Notes under the pieces: model-generated
What the model saw: only the letters and a program-made list of their open reading frames with translations
Databases searched by the model: none
Told to the model about the DNA's origin: nothing
Position numbers and translations under genes: made by a program
Shown: piece by piece, positions 1 to 9,904 of the stretch
How the letters are laid out: every line of letters starts with the position of its first letter
Position numbering within the stretch: position 1 is the stretch's first letter
DNA from: Octopus bimaculoides
Taxonomy: Eukaryota
Reading direction: 5' to 3'
Assembly: GCF_001194135.2 (NCBI RefSeq)
Contig: NC_069005.1
Span: 30,747,201-30,786,215, forward strand
Length of the DNA: 39,015 nt

Positions 1-81
1 GGAAGGGGAGGTAGTGAGGCAGGAGGTTCCTTGGTAATTTGTAATGTGTGTGTGAGCATGCATATATATATATATATATAT

Positions 82-195
82 CATCATCATCATCATCATC
101 ATCGTTTAACGTCCGCTTTCCATGCTAGCATGGGTTGGACGATTTGACTGAGGACTGGTGAAACCGGATGGCAACACCAGGCTCCAGTCTGATTT
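82..195 (-). mobile_element. SINE family C (3' part, (GAT)n tail), young copy
   Basis: (TCA)n + GTTTAACGTCCGCTTTCCATGCTAGCATGGGTTGGACGATTTGACTGAGG; differs from 11576-11690 at only about 3 positions by eye. Confidence 0.85.
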
Positions 196-627
196 ATATA
201 TATATATGTATGTATGTATGTGGATGTATGTCTGTGTGCACATGTGTGCATATGTATGTCTGTTGGTATGTGTATATGCTGTACACATGCATGTATGAGT
301 ATGTATGTGTGCAAATGTGATGCACACATGCGTGTATGTATGCTTATATGTATGTATGTGTGCACGGCCAGCCCCTAGCACATGGCACCCCGGACCACTG
401 CCCAAGTTGCCAGTACCTGTCCATGTGTGTGAATGAAGTTCTATGTGTGTGCTCGTGTGACGCACACATGTATATGTGTGATGTGTGAGTGAAGTTCTAT
501 GTATGCATGTATATCATAATATATATGTATATGTGTTTCCATTTGTGTACATGTATGCATGTATGCATACATGGGTGAGTGTATGTGTATATATATATGT
601 GTGTGTAGATGTATATATGTATGTGCT

Positions 628-903
628 TGAGAAGACTCATCAAGCCAAGTGAAATTATAGTTGTGGCTTTTGACATAAGGGGCACCTGTGCCAGTGACAT
701 GTAACAGCAATTGAGCCAGTGATAGGTAAATGGCACCCACTACACTTTTGGGGTGGTTGGCATTAGGAACGGTATCCAGCCTTAGAAACCATGCCGAATC
801 AGATTGGAACTTGGTGCAGCTCCCCAGCATACCATTTTCAGTCAAACCGTCTGACCCATGCCAGCATGGAAAGTGGACGTTAAATGAGGATGATGATGAT
901 GAT
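628..903 (+). mobile_element. SINE family C, (GAT)n tail
   Basis: GGTTGGCATTAGGAACGGTATCCAGC...CATGCCAGCATGGAAAGTGGACGTTAAATGA(GAT)n; homologous to 9390-9569 and to the reverse complement of 11576-11755. Confidence 0.8.
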
Positions 904-944
<41 letters not shown>

Positions 945-1059
945 TTGTATGCATGTGTGAGTGCATTTCTAAGTGTGCATGTATGTATGTATGTATGCAA
1001 TATCTGGATTATCACGCTACCAATATCATATCATACCATCATATATTATAAATAAGCAA

Positions 1060-1500
1060 CACTTTTACCACTGCCACCAATACCATCATGCACTCCACAA
1101 CCATCGGCATCACTAACACCACCACTAGCACAGTATCAGTAAACAGTACCACTGGCCCACCACAACTGCCATCATCACCACTACTGCCAACGCTACAGCA
1201 TCGTTTACCAAGAACACTGATACCACCACCACCACGTCCAGCACAGCATCATTACCAACATCATCGACAACACCAAAGTTTTCTTATCAACGCACCACCA
1301 CCACCACCATCAGTACCATTATCAACATCATCACCATTACCACCATCATTATCAACACCACCAAAACCAACCCCCAATATCATTAGGAAATCCACCACCA
1401 ACCCCACAATATTATTAGCAAATATACCACAACCACCACCATCACTGCCATTACCACCACCAAAACCAACCCCAACACCACCACCACCATCCCCAGCAGC
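1060..1500. repeat. Degenerate (ACC/CAC/CAT)n low-complexity field
   Basis: Directly visible trinucleotide runs. Confidence 0.85.
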
Positions 1501-1898
1501 AGATAGATAAACTCTCTCACAGACACACATCTCTATTCAAAACTTTAACTGACTTCCTTGAGAAAGAAAGAAAGAAAAAAAAAACTGAGCTACAAATGTC
1601 AAATCACAAAGTAATTTTTCATAATTTCATACATTTATATATATTCGAGTTGCTGTTGTTACTGATGTTGTGGTTGCTGTTATTGTTTAGCCAGTACCAA
1701 TTAGAGAGGGTGTCAGCCAGCATTGGTATTTACCAGGGGGGGTCACTCACCACTCCCACCCCCCTGTCATTAGTTAAAAAGAAAGAAAGAAAGAAAGAAG
1801 GAAGTACACGTTGCTCTTCAGAGAACACACTTTCCTAAGTGGTTAGTATAGTTGTGTGTATGTGTGTGTGTGTATATGTGTGTTTGTTGTGTGTATAC

Positions 1899-1953
<55 letters not shown>

Positions 1954-2019
1954 CACACACACACACATACATGTATGTGTGTATATATACGCACATGTGT
2001 GTTAATAGTGAGATGCCCA

Positions 2020-2226
2020 ATACACATAAACAGATGGTGGGGAACAAACACACACACACACATATCACACACATATCAGCTTCCATCTACCAAATCCACT
2101 CACAAGGCTTTGGTCAGCCCAAGGCTATGGTAAAAAATACTTGCCCAAAGTGCTACGCAGTGGGACTGAACCCGGAATCATGTGGTTGGGAAGCAAGCTT
2201 CTTCCCACACAGCCATACCTGCACCT
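2020..2226 (-). mobile_element. SINE family B, 5' half (tRNA-like head, internal (CA)n)
   Basis: CTACCAAATCCACTCACAAGGCTTTGGTC...CTTGCCCAAAGTGCTACGCAGTGGGACTGAACCCGG...CACACAGCCA, shared with at least 8 other loci in the window. Confidence 0.85.
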
Positions 2227-2235
2227 GTCAACATT

Positions 2236-2465
2236 TCATCATCATCATCATTGTAATGTCCACTTTTCCATACTTGCATGGGTTGGATGAAATTTGAGGC
2301 AGGTTTTCTACAGCTGGATGCTTCTTCTGTCACTAACCCTCACCTGTTGCCAAGCAAGGTAATATTTCCCCATAGCCAAACCGTTTTTTTCACGGAAGAC
2401 TAAAAACGGACAACACTGTATGATGGTGATGCTCATTTAGAACCATCACATGATGGTTAGACAAG
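2236..2465 (-). mobile_element. SINE family C-related variant
   Basis: (TCA)n + TGTCCACTTTTCCATACTTGCATGGGTTGGATG...TTTCTACAGCTGGATGC matches family C; the 5' portion differs. Confidence 0.65.
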
Positions 2466-2521
2466 GATACATGCATGCACACACATATGGTTCAAAATTG
2501 TACAAAAAAAAAACCAAAGAG

Positions 2522-2590
2522 ACAGGAGTGGCTGTGTGGTAAGTAGCTTGCTTATCAACCACATGGTTCCAGGTTCAGTCCCACTGTGTG
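2522..2590 (+). mobile_element. SINE family B head only (A/B-box-like)
   Basis: GGAGTGGCTGTGTGGTAAGTAGCTTGC...GGTTCAGTCCCACTG. Confidence 0.75.
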
Positions 2591-2639
2591 CTGAATAACT
2601 TTAATCACCTTCATGCATCACTTCTTACAGTAACCCATG

Positions 2640-2782
2640 TTCCAGTGTGGGATTGGAGTTGGGGTTTGGGTGGAGGACTTCTTCCCTTTCCCTGCTGACA
2701 TAGCTTGGGGTGGAGAGGAGGTGGTGACAGCAGTGGTTGTGATACTGCTGGGGGTGGAGGGTTGTGATGGTGGTGATGCTTA

Positions 2783-2813
<31 letters not shown>

Positions 2814-3100
2814 GGTGGTGGAGGTTCTGGTGGTAGTAGTGGTCTTTGTAGTGGTTGTGTTGATGCTGATTGTGGTGGTGGTGTTGGGCATGGTGAGGGT
2901 GATAGCTGTGATGACTGTGGCGGAGGTGGTGGTAGTAGTAGTAGTAGTGGGGGCGGGGTTAGGATAACAGTTGTAGGAGTAAATTAATGATGATAAAAGA
3001 ACAGGTGCACAGGAGGGGGGATGGAGAGCATGGTGGTGTTTATGAAGTGGGGGTTGGAACAGGTCTGGCAGGGAGGTACTGGTGGTGGGTGGGATGTTAG
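2640..3100. repeat. Degenerate (GGT/GTT/AGT)n low-complexity field
   Basis: Directly visible. Confidence 0.85.
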
Positions 3101-3676
3101 TTTGTTACAGATTATAAATATCTGTTAATGAAAGATAAATAATCTATACTACACATGTATGTCACCCCAGTAAGTAATGTAATGGTATTGTAGAGGGTGA
3201 TGATAGACACCCCTCCACATACACACATCCCAGCCCTTCCCATGGGGGGGTCTGTGTGTTTGGGGGAAGCAAGAGGTAGGGTGGTGGGATGAGGTAAAAA
3301 AGAGAAGGAAAGGTAGAAGGGGGTGGCTTCAATAGATGTCAGGAGGAAAAAAATAACAGAAAAACATTAATTTTCCTCCTATCTCTTAAGACCATTCCAG
3401 AATGCCTCCAAGACTTACCAAGTCCAAACCTAATTTCATTTGTTCCACCACTTTTCCCAAATCTGTCTTGCTCCCTCTCACTGTATGTATATATATATAT
3501 ATATATATATATTTTAAAACTATATACATAATTATAGCAAGGGGTCGGCATTATGCCTCACCACACACTGTAAGAAATAGACACTAAAGTCCTTTTTACA
3601 ACCTTTAAAATCTCCAAGAATAACTTTAGTGTATAAAACATTAATGTTTTTTTTGTTTTAATCTTTTAATGTTTTA

Positions 3677-3900
3677 AGCTGGGAGAATCGTTAGTATGCT
3701 GGGCAAAATGCTTAGCAGTATTTCGTCTGCAATTATTGTTCTGAGTTCAAATCCTGCCTAGGTTGACTTTGCTTTTCATCCTTTCGGGGTCGATTAAATA
3801 AGTACCGGTTACACACTGGGGTCAGTGTAATCGACCTAATCCCTTTGTCTGTCCTTGTTTGTCCCCTCTATGTTTAGCCCCCTGTGGGCAATAAAGAAAT
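3677..3900 (+). mobile_element. SINE family A (tRNA-derived), variant 3' tail
   Basis: AGAATCGTTAG...GAGTTCAAATCC (B-box-like)...TTTCATCCTTTCGGGGTCGAT..AAATAAGTACC...; tail CCCTTTGTCTGTCCTTGTTTGTCCCC...AATAAAGAAAT. Confidence 0.85.
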
Positions 3901-4233
3901 GTACAGATATACATACATGTGTGTGTGTGTGTGTGTGTGTTATATAATAATGAGGTAAATTGGTAATCGTTTTAATGTGGTGGGGTGGGGTGGAACAAGG
4001 ATTTTATATGGTGCTAATGAGGAAGAAGGCAATCAATATTAATGAGCCTATCTCCTACATAGTATGCTAAAAGATGTCAGTGAGAAGGAGGGGGATGACA
4101 TGAGATCATTACACTTGTGTACCCCCTACTTTGCACTTCCCTTACCTCTTTCTCCCTCCGCCCCCATTATCATTATCCTCCTTCATCCCCCAACAGGATG
4201 TAGGTAACAGGTAGAAAGTAAACTATTACTTAC

Positions 4234-4385
4234 TCTTTTTCCCTCTCTGCTACAGGTAGCTAATTAATTAATTATCAATGGTTATGATAAGATTACAGCA
4301 AACCAGTTGAAGTACTTACCTGGAAAATAAAAAAGTAAAAAAAACAAAATAATTAATGAAATACAAAAAAAAAAAAAAATCAGCA
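4234..4385 (-). other. Candidate recursive splice site (ratchet point) plus 86-nt RS-exon
   Basis: Minus strand reads TTCATTAATTATTTTGTTTTTTTTACTTTTTTATTTTCCAG|GTAAGTAC (junction 4320/4319); second donor AAGA|GTAAGT at 4234/4233. Confidence 0.55.
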
Positions 4386-4408
4386 TATCAACAGATTNNN
4401 NNNNNNNG

Positions 4409-4467
<59 letters not shown>

Positions 4468-4644
4468 TACATAAAGGGTGCAGCAAGAAAAATCCTTCAC
4501 ATCTATTGACAAACGTTTAAATAGCAAAGACACACTGTGGCATCAATCCAAACAATGATGGTAACTCTGTAGCAAAAAAAATGGTAAGATATTAACATGA
4601 AGATGTCCTTACCACCTGCCTATCTTCACTGGTACCACACTAAC

Positions 4645-5023
4645 AGTCCACTGCATCTCACATAAGAACGAGATACTGCAGCAGCCTCGGTTTCAGAGGA
4701 CCTCAGCTCTTTAACGCCCTGCCAAAACATTTGAGAGACCTGCAAGACATGGATATAGAGGTCTTCAAGACAAAACTCGACGCTTTCCTCTCCACGATAC
4801 CAGACGAACCAATGGCTCGAAATGAGACACAGTTTAGGGCAGCGATGTCAAATTCTCTTATACACCAGATGTGCCATCTAAACTCTTGATTGGACTATAT
4901 CAGGTGGAGGAGAAGAGCCATGCAAGGAACGTGAAGAGAGCACAGCATAAAGACGGAAAGTCACAGTGGTGCTCCAGCATGACCACAGCCACTTGGCTGA
5001 AGCGCATAAATAAAAAAAAAAAA
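4645..5023 (+). mobile_element. CR1/L2-group LINE 3' end (ORF2 C-terminus, 3' UTR, A-rich tail)
   Basis: Open frame to TGA 4887-4889: RYCSSLGFRGPQLFNALPKHLRDLQDMDIEVFKTKLDAFLSTIPDEP...RAAMSNSLIHQ, which resembles CR1-type ORF2 C-termini; ends in AATAAAAAAAAAAAA. Confidence 0.8.
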
Positions 5024-5379
5024 TCTCTATGAAGGACAGTGGGACATTATAGTTGAGAGAGAGACAGACAGACAGACTGAGACAAAAAGTGGGGAGCAAG
5101 TTAAGTGATTGTGAAGAGGCTCACCTCATTGAAGTTGAACTTAACTGAGAACTAAAAAGCTGATAAAGCAAACTGGGAGCTTGCAGAGTTTGTGTGAAGA
5201 TATTCAGGAAGCACACACACACACACACAAAGGTTCCTGTTGTAAGGCTTGAACTCATGACTGCATTACCCAATTGTAGTAGTAGTAGTCTACCATGGTA
5301 ACCTCACAGCCACTGTACCTCTTTTAAGTGTTTACATGCACTTTCACCAGTTCAGTTCTATAACATCAGTCTCTTTAAG

Positions 5380-5630
5380 TGTTGACACGACATTGAAAGA
5401 GGACCCGAAGGAGGAAGACCTCTAGGTGGTTACTCGGCTTGCTAGAAATAGGAGCCAAATCGCCCTGAAATCATACCCTGACATCTCAAATAAAGCTAGA
5501 TACATTAGATAACGCTGGGGTCTTAAACTGGCTGGAAGTAAGACAAATAAGATTATAAGATTAGATGGTTAAAGATGGAATTGGTTTGCTAAAAGTTAGC
5601 TTGAATTAGACCTGGGTTAAATGACAACAT
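5380..5630 (+). mobile_element. Interspersed repeat family D (SINE-like); further fragments at about 12965-12995(-), 15722-15800, 18760-18840, 21375-21430(-), 25090-25140, 35585-35820
   Basis: Shared motifs CTTGCTAGAAATAG(G/C)A(G/A)(C/T)CAAA and ...GACCTGGG(G/T)(C/T)TAAA(C/T)AAC recur at these loci. Confidence 0.55.
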
Positions 5631-5847
5631 GCATTTATAAGTATATATAAAAAAAAAAACTCAAGTGCTTATATTCACTTAAGCGCTGAATGTGTGCATA
5701 TTTTCTTGGTAGTGACAGTGGGAGGGGCAGACCATTAATACAGCTATACACATATTTTCACACACACACGTATTTTGTGGCATGACAGAAGACACACCAA
5801 TTAGTTGAGGTAACTGATTCCATTTAATTGCAACATCTTATAATGCA

Positions 5848-6070
5848 CGGTTTCTGTCTACCAAATCCACTCACAAAGGGTTTGGTCGGCCTGAGGATAT
5901 TAGTAGAAGACACTGGCCCAAGGTGCCACGTAGTGGGACTGAACCCGGAACCATGTGGTTGGCAAGCAAGCTACTTTATTTCATAAATATTTGCCATAAA
6001 GGCATTACAAAGAGGGGACGAACAAGGACAGACAAACATAAAAGGGGTACTACACAGCCATGCCTGCGCC
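5848..6070 (-). mobile_element. SINE family B 5' half with a nested ~70-bp family A tail (about 5976-6048)
   Basis: The family B head ...AAGCTACT|TAC.ACACAGCC is split by AGAGGGGACGAACAAGGACAGACAAA, the reverse complement of the 3845-3870 tail. Confidence 0.7.
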
Positions 6071-6099
6071 TATATATATATGATGATGATATGAAATTT

Positions 6100-6173
6100 T
6101 GAATTTAGTTCACGGAACCCCAGTACTACTGTGGACCACCAGGGGTCCGTGGACCACAGGTTGGGAACTACTG
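6100..6173 (-). mobile_element. One end of a hAT/Charlie-type MITE
   Basis: Minus strand CAGTAGTTCCCAACCTGTGGTCCACGGACCCCTGGTGGTCCAC resembles the common hAT MITE terminus CAGTGGTTCCCAACC...GGTCC; no partner end found. Confidence 0.5.
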
Positions 6174-6224
6174 CACTAAGCATTTTGTCTGACATGTTTA
6201 ATGGTTTTTGCCGGCTCACTGCCT

Positions 6225-6879
6225 TAATAATAATAATCCTTTCTACTACAGGCACAAAGTCTGAAATTCGGAGGAGGGGAGGGGAGGGGGCTAGTCAATT
6301 ACAGCGACTCAGTGTATCACTGGTGCTTAAATTATCGACCCCGAACGGATGAAAGGCAAATTTGACCCCGGCGGAATTTGAACTCAAAATGTAAGGATAG
6401 ACGAAATACTGCTAAGCATTTCGACTAGCATGCTAACGATTCTGGATAATAATAATAATAATAATAACAACAACAATGGTTTTAAATTTTTGGCACAAGC
6501 CTAGCAATTTCAGCAGCAGGGTAAGTCAATTACATTGTTCCCAGTGTTCAGTTGGTACTTAGGCAAAGTTTGACCTTGGCAGAATCTGAACTCAGAACAT
6601 AAAGACAGACGAAATACCGTTAAGCCATCCAGTGTGCTTAATGTCTGCCAATAATAATAATAATAATCCTTTCTATTGTAAGCATAAGGCTTGAAATATG
6701 TGGGGGAGAGGACTAGTCGATTACATCGACCCCAGTGTTTCACTGGTACTTTTAATTTATCAGCCCTCAAAAGGACGAAAGGCCAAAGTTTGACTTCAGC
6801 GGAGTTTTGAACTCTGAACGTAAGGTATCTACGGGCGAAATTAACATTAAGCATTTCCGTCCAGCGTGCTGATTGGCCA
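6225..6879 (-). mobile_element. Head-to-tail trimer of SINE family A joined by (AAT)n
   Basis: Three copies at about 6225-6443, 6472-6650 and 6651-6879; the middle copy has an internal deletion. Confidence 0.85.
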
Positions 6880-7420
6880 ATAATAACAGTAGCAGCAGCA
6901 GCAGTAGTATTTGTAGTAGTAGTGTAGTAGTAGTAGCAGCAGTAGTAGTAGTTTCTTATATTTGCCACCAGGGCAACGGACGAGGGCGACAATACAAACA
7001 ACAGATGAAGTGCAAGAGAAATGGAATGACATTTATACTAACTAATACTACTACTAATATAACAACAAATGTAAGGAAAGAGAAAAGAAAAATAAAAGCA
7101 ATTTTTGTTTTGTTTTATTTTGTTGTTTTTTTTCCTGTTTTGTCCGTCTTCTTCTCCCTTCCTTTTTACACTTGAAACTAAACTAACTTCTGCTACAAGC
7201 TAACTGATGTCGCTTCTATTGCGAAAAACCAAGTCGCCCCACCTTTCCTCCCTCAATCTCTCTGGTGACTATTTCCGCTGCTAACCTGCTTTTTTTTTCC
7301 TACTATTTATTATTTTTTATTGTTATTAGTCTGCATTTTTTTTTTTTAGTCCAGCAGAGAAACACTAGTAGTTGTAGTAGCAGCAACAGCAGCAGTTGGG
7401 GTGTGTGATGTTACAGGCGC

Positions 7421-8011
7421 ATGTTATCTTTTTTATATTTCACTTGCTTCAATCAGACAGCGGCCATGCTGGGGCACCGCCTTGAAAAATTTTTAGTCAA
7501 ATTAATCGACCTCAGTACTTTTTCTTTAAAGCCTAGTACTAACCGCTATGGGGACGTAAACACACCAGCACCGGTTATCAAACGGTGGTATAGGGACAAG
7601 GACACAATCATATATATACGGGAGAATTTACGAAAAAAATCAACAACAGACGAGGACAGGTGGTGTAAACAACAAAAGGATGTATTAGTTTAACGCTCGG
7701 GAATAGAGAAAGTCTTTAACGTTTCGAGCTACGCTCTTCAACAGAAAGAATACGGAGAAAAACACGGAGAAAAAAAATTTGAATGTTGTGGTCAGCGATC
7801 TATCATGGCGACATATATATATGATTGTGGGTCTTTGTCCCGATGGACTTTTTCCGTTTCTATCTCCAAAATCTACTCACAAAGCCTAAGTCTATATGTT
7901 GGCCGAAGTCTATATAGAAGAAGACACTTGCCCAAGGTGCCACGCAGTGGGATTGAACCCAGAACCATGTGGTTGGGAAGCAAGCATCTTGCCACACAGC
8001 TGCTTTTTGTT
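7421..8011 (-). mobile_element. Near full-length SINE family B, interrupted in its internal (TA)n by the 7619-7812 insert
   Basis: Tail GGCCATGCTGGGGCACCGCC at 7462-7481; head GACACTTGCCCAAGGTGCCACGCAGTGG at 7923-7950. Confidence 0.8.
7619..7812 (-). mobile_element. Penelope-like (PLE)-derived non-autonomous insert in (TA)n
   Basis: (TA)n on both sides; minus strand TGAAGAGCGTAGCTCGAAACGTT is the motif type typical of PLE terminal repeats. Confidence 0.55.
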
Positions 8012-8197
8012 TATTTTTAATTGGCAGAAAATTTCAAACCCAACTCAAGTGCCAAGTGTCTTTTGTGCATGATACGTCTTAAACTGGTTTCAAGTCTAAA
8101 AGATCTCGTTTTCTCTTATATGGAATAAACTAGAATTCTCTTAGCAATGTTCGGTTAAAAATATTGGCAGGTCACAAGAATTTGGGAACTTTCAAAT

Positions 8198-8605
8198 AGG
8201 CGCAGGTGTGGCTGTGTAGTAAGAAGCCTGTTTCTCAACCTCATGGTGACAGGTTCAGTCCCACTATGTAGCACTTTGGCCAGGTGTCTTCTACCATAAG
8301 TCTTAGGATGACCAAAGCCTTGAGAGAATTTGGCAGACAGAAACTATAAGAAGACTGTCGTGTGTGTGTGTGTGTAAATAGACAGACAGATATGTGTGTG
8401 TATATCTTTGTGCCCGTTTGTCCCGCACCATTGCTTGAATTGACAACTGGTGTTGGTGTGTTTACGTCCCTGTAACTTACTTAGCAGTTAGGCAAAAGAG
8501 ATCAATAGAATAAATTCGAAGCTGAAAAAAAAAAGTACTGGTGTCAATTCAGTCAACAAAAAATTCTCCAAAGCATTGCCCCAGCTTGGGCACAGTCAGA
8601 TTCAC
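8198..8605 (+). mobile_element. Full-length diverged SINE family B
   Basis: Head GGCGCAGGTGTGGCTGTGTAGTAAG, internal (TG)n, GGTGTGTTTACGTCCCTGTAACTTA, degenerate tail CCCCAGCTTGGGCACAGTC. Confidence 0.8.
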
Positions 8606-9389
8606 ACATTCATTGCAGCGGTCCTTCAGTTTTTCTAAGCCCTGTAAAAGAACTCGGAAGGTCGGGTCACCAACCAGGCATTTCCCCGATACTCTTAAAG
8701 CCAGGAACTTTTCAGCATTCAGCACACCCTTGTTTATGGATGCATGAGTGTATGTGTCTGCTTATACATGTGTGCATGTAGATATGCATGTGCTGGCACA
8801 TGTATACACATATATACATATGCACACGTGTACGTGCATACATGTGCAAGTATGAGGTTGTAAAGAAGCTGCACAACAGTTCGGTTAACTATTTTTGGTC
8901 TTCCTTTGCCTTATCAGGCTTCGCTGATAAGAAAAAAATTTAGGTTAACGAGTAATTATCTATCTATCAACATTACATTCTTAATTTATATACATATATC
9001 CATACATATAAATGTGTAACACACACATATGTTTATACATAGAGAGAGAGAGAGAGATTTAAAACTAATTGCCAGATTTATTGTGATGTATCGACATTTA
9101 TCCATCAATGGCTTATCAGACTTGAGAACTTGGGAGAGACAGGATACTGTGACCATTCGTACCTTTTGCAAGATAAAAAGGATTTGGTGAAAGGTAGATG
9201 AAGAATAGAAAAAAATTACTGCAAATAGATATGAAAGCCTCTTTGTGAGCTCCACAAATGCATGTGTTTTCACATGTATACAGTGAAGAGTATTTACTAC
9301 ACTGAATTCCATTTCAAATTGCTGAAGAATATAAGAGAATAAAATAAGGAGTAAGGGTTTTGGGTATGTCAGTAGAGAGCAGGTTTTTG

Positions 9390-9569
9390 GTGCCTTATAA
9401 AAAGCACCCAGTGCATTCTGGAGTGGTTGGCATTAGAAAGGGCATCCAGCCAGAGAAACCATGCCAAATCAGACTGGAGTTTTGTACAACCCCCTCCCTC
9501 CTTCAAGCTTTCATCAAACCAGCCAACCCATGCTAGCATGGGTAACAGATATTAACTGATGATGATGAT
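9390..9569 (+). mobile_element. SINE family C 3' part
   Basis: GAGTGGTTGGCATTAGAAAGGGCATCCAGC...CCAACCCATGCTAGCATGG..(GAT)n. Confidence 0.8.
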
Positions 9570-9618
<49 letters not shown>

Positions 9619-9904
9619 TATACATACATACATACATACATACATACACATTCAAGCATATAAATACAAACACACAAACATATGCATACATAAGCACAGA
9701 CAGACAGACACACATACACAGTGAATGGTCCATTATAAAAGCTGTCACCAATGGCGCTATTCTTCACAAATGCAGGACATAAAACAAAAAAAAAACATGT
9801 AACAGAAACTCAAAGCACCCTCCCCTCCCCCCACCATTTGCATTGTGAATGCTACAGTGATGTTATAGATGTGTGTGTTTGTGCGTGAGTGAGCTAGTGA
9901 CGTG

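Noticed and set aside
2522-2590. tRNA genes at SINE heads
   Set aside because: Only A/B-box-like motifs; no cloverleaf, and they continue into SINE bodies.
4231-4260. Plus-strand acceptor-like CTCTTTTTCCCTCTCTGCTACAG|GTAGC
   Set aside because: Donor half is weak, and the tract is simply the complement of the purine-rich end of the minus-strand RS-exon; not excluded, but less parsimonious.
4313-4323. TACTTACCTGG as a U1 snRNA gene or pseudogene
   Set aside because: No U1 sequence follows; it is the antisense of a splice donor.
9070-9200. Plus-frame peptide IYCDVSTFIHQWLIRLENLGETGYCDHSYLL
   Set aside because: No recognisable family and no convincing splice sites.
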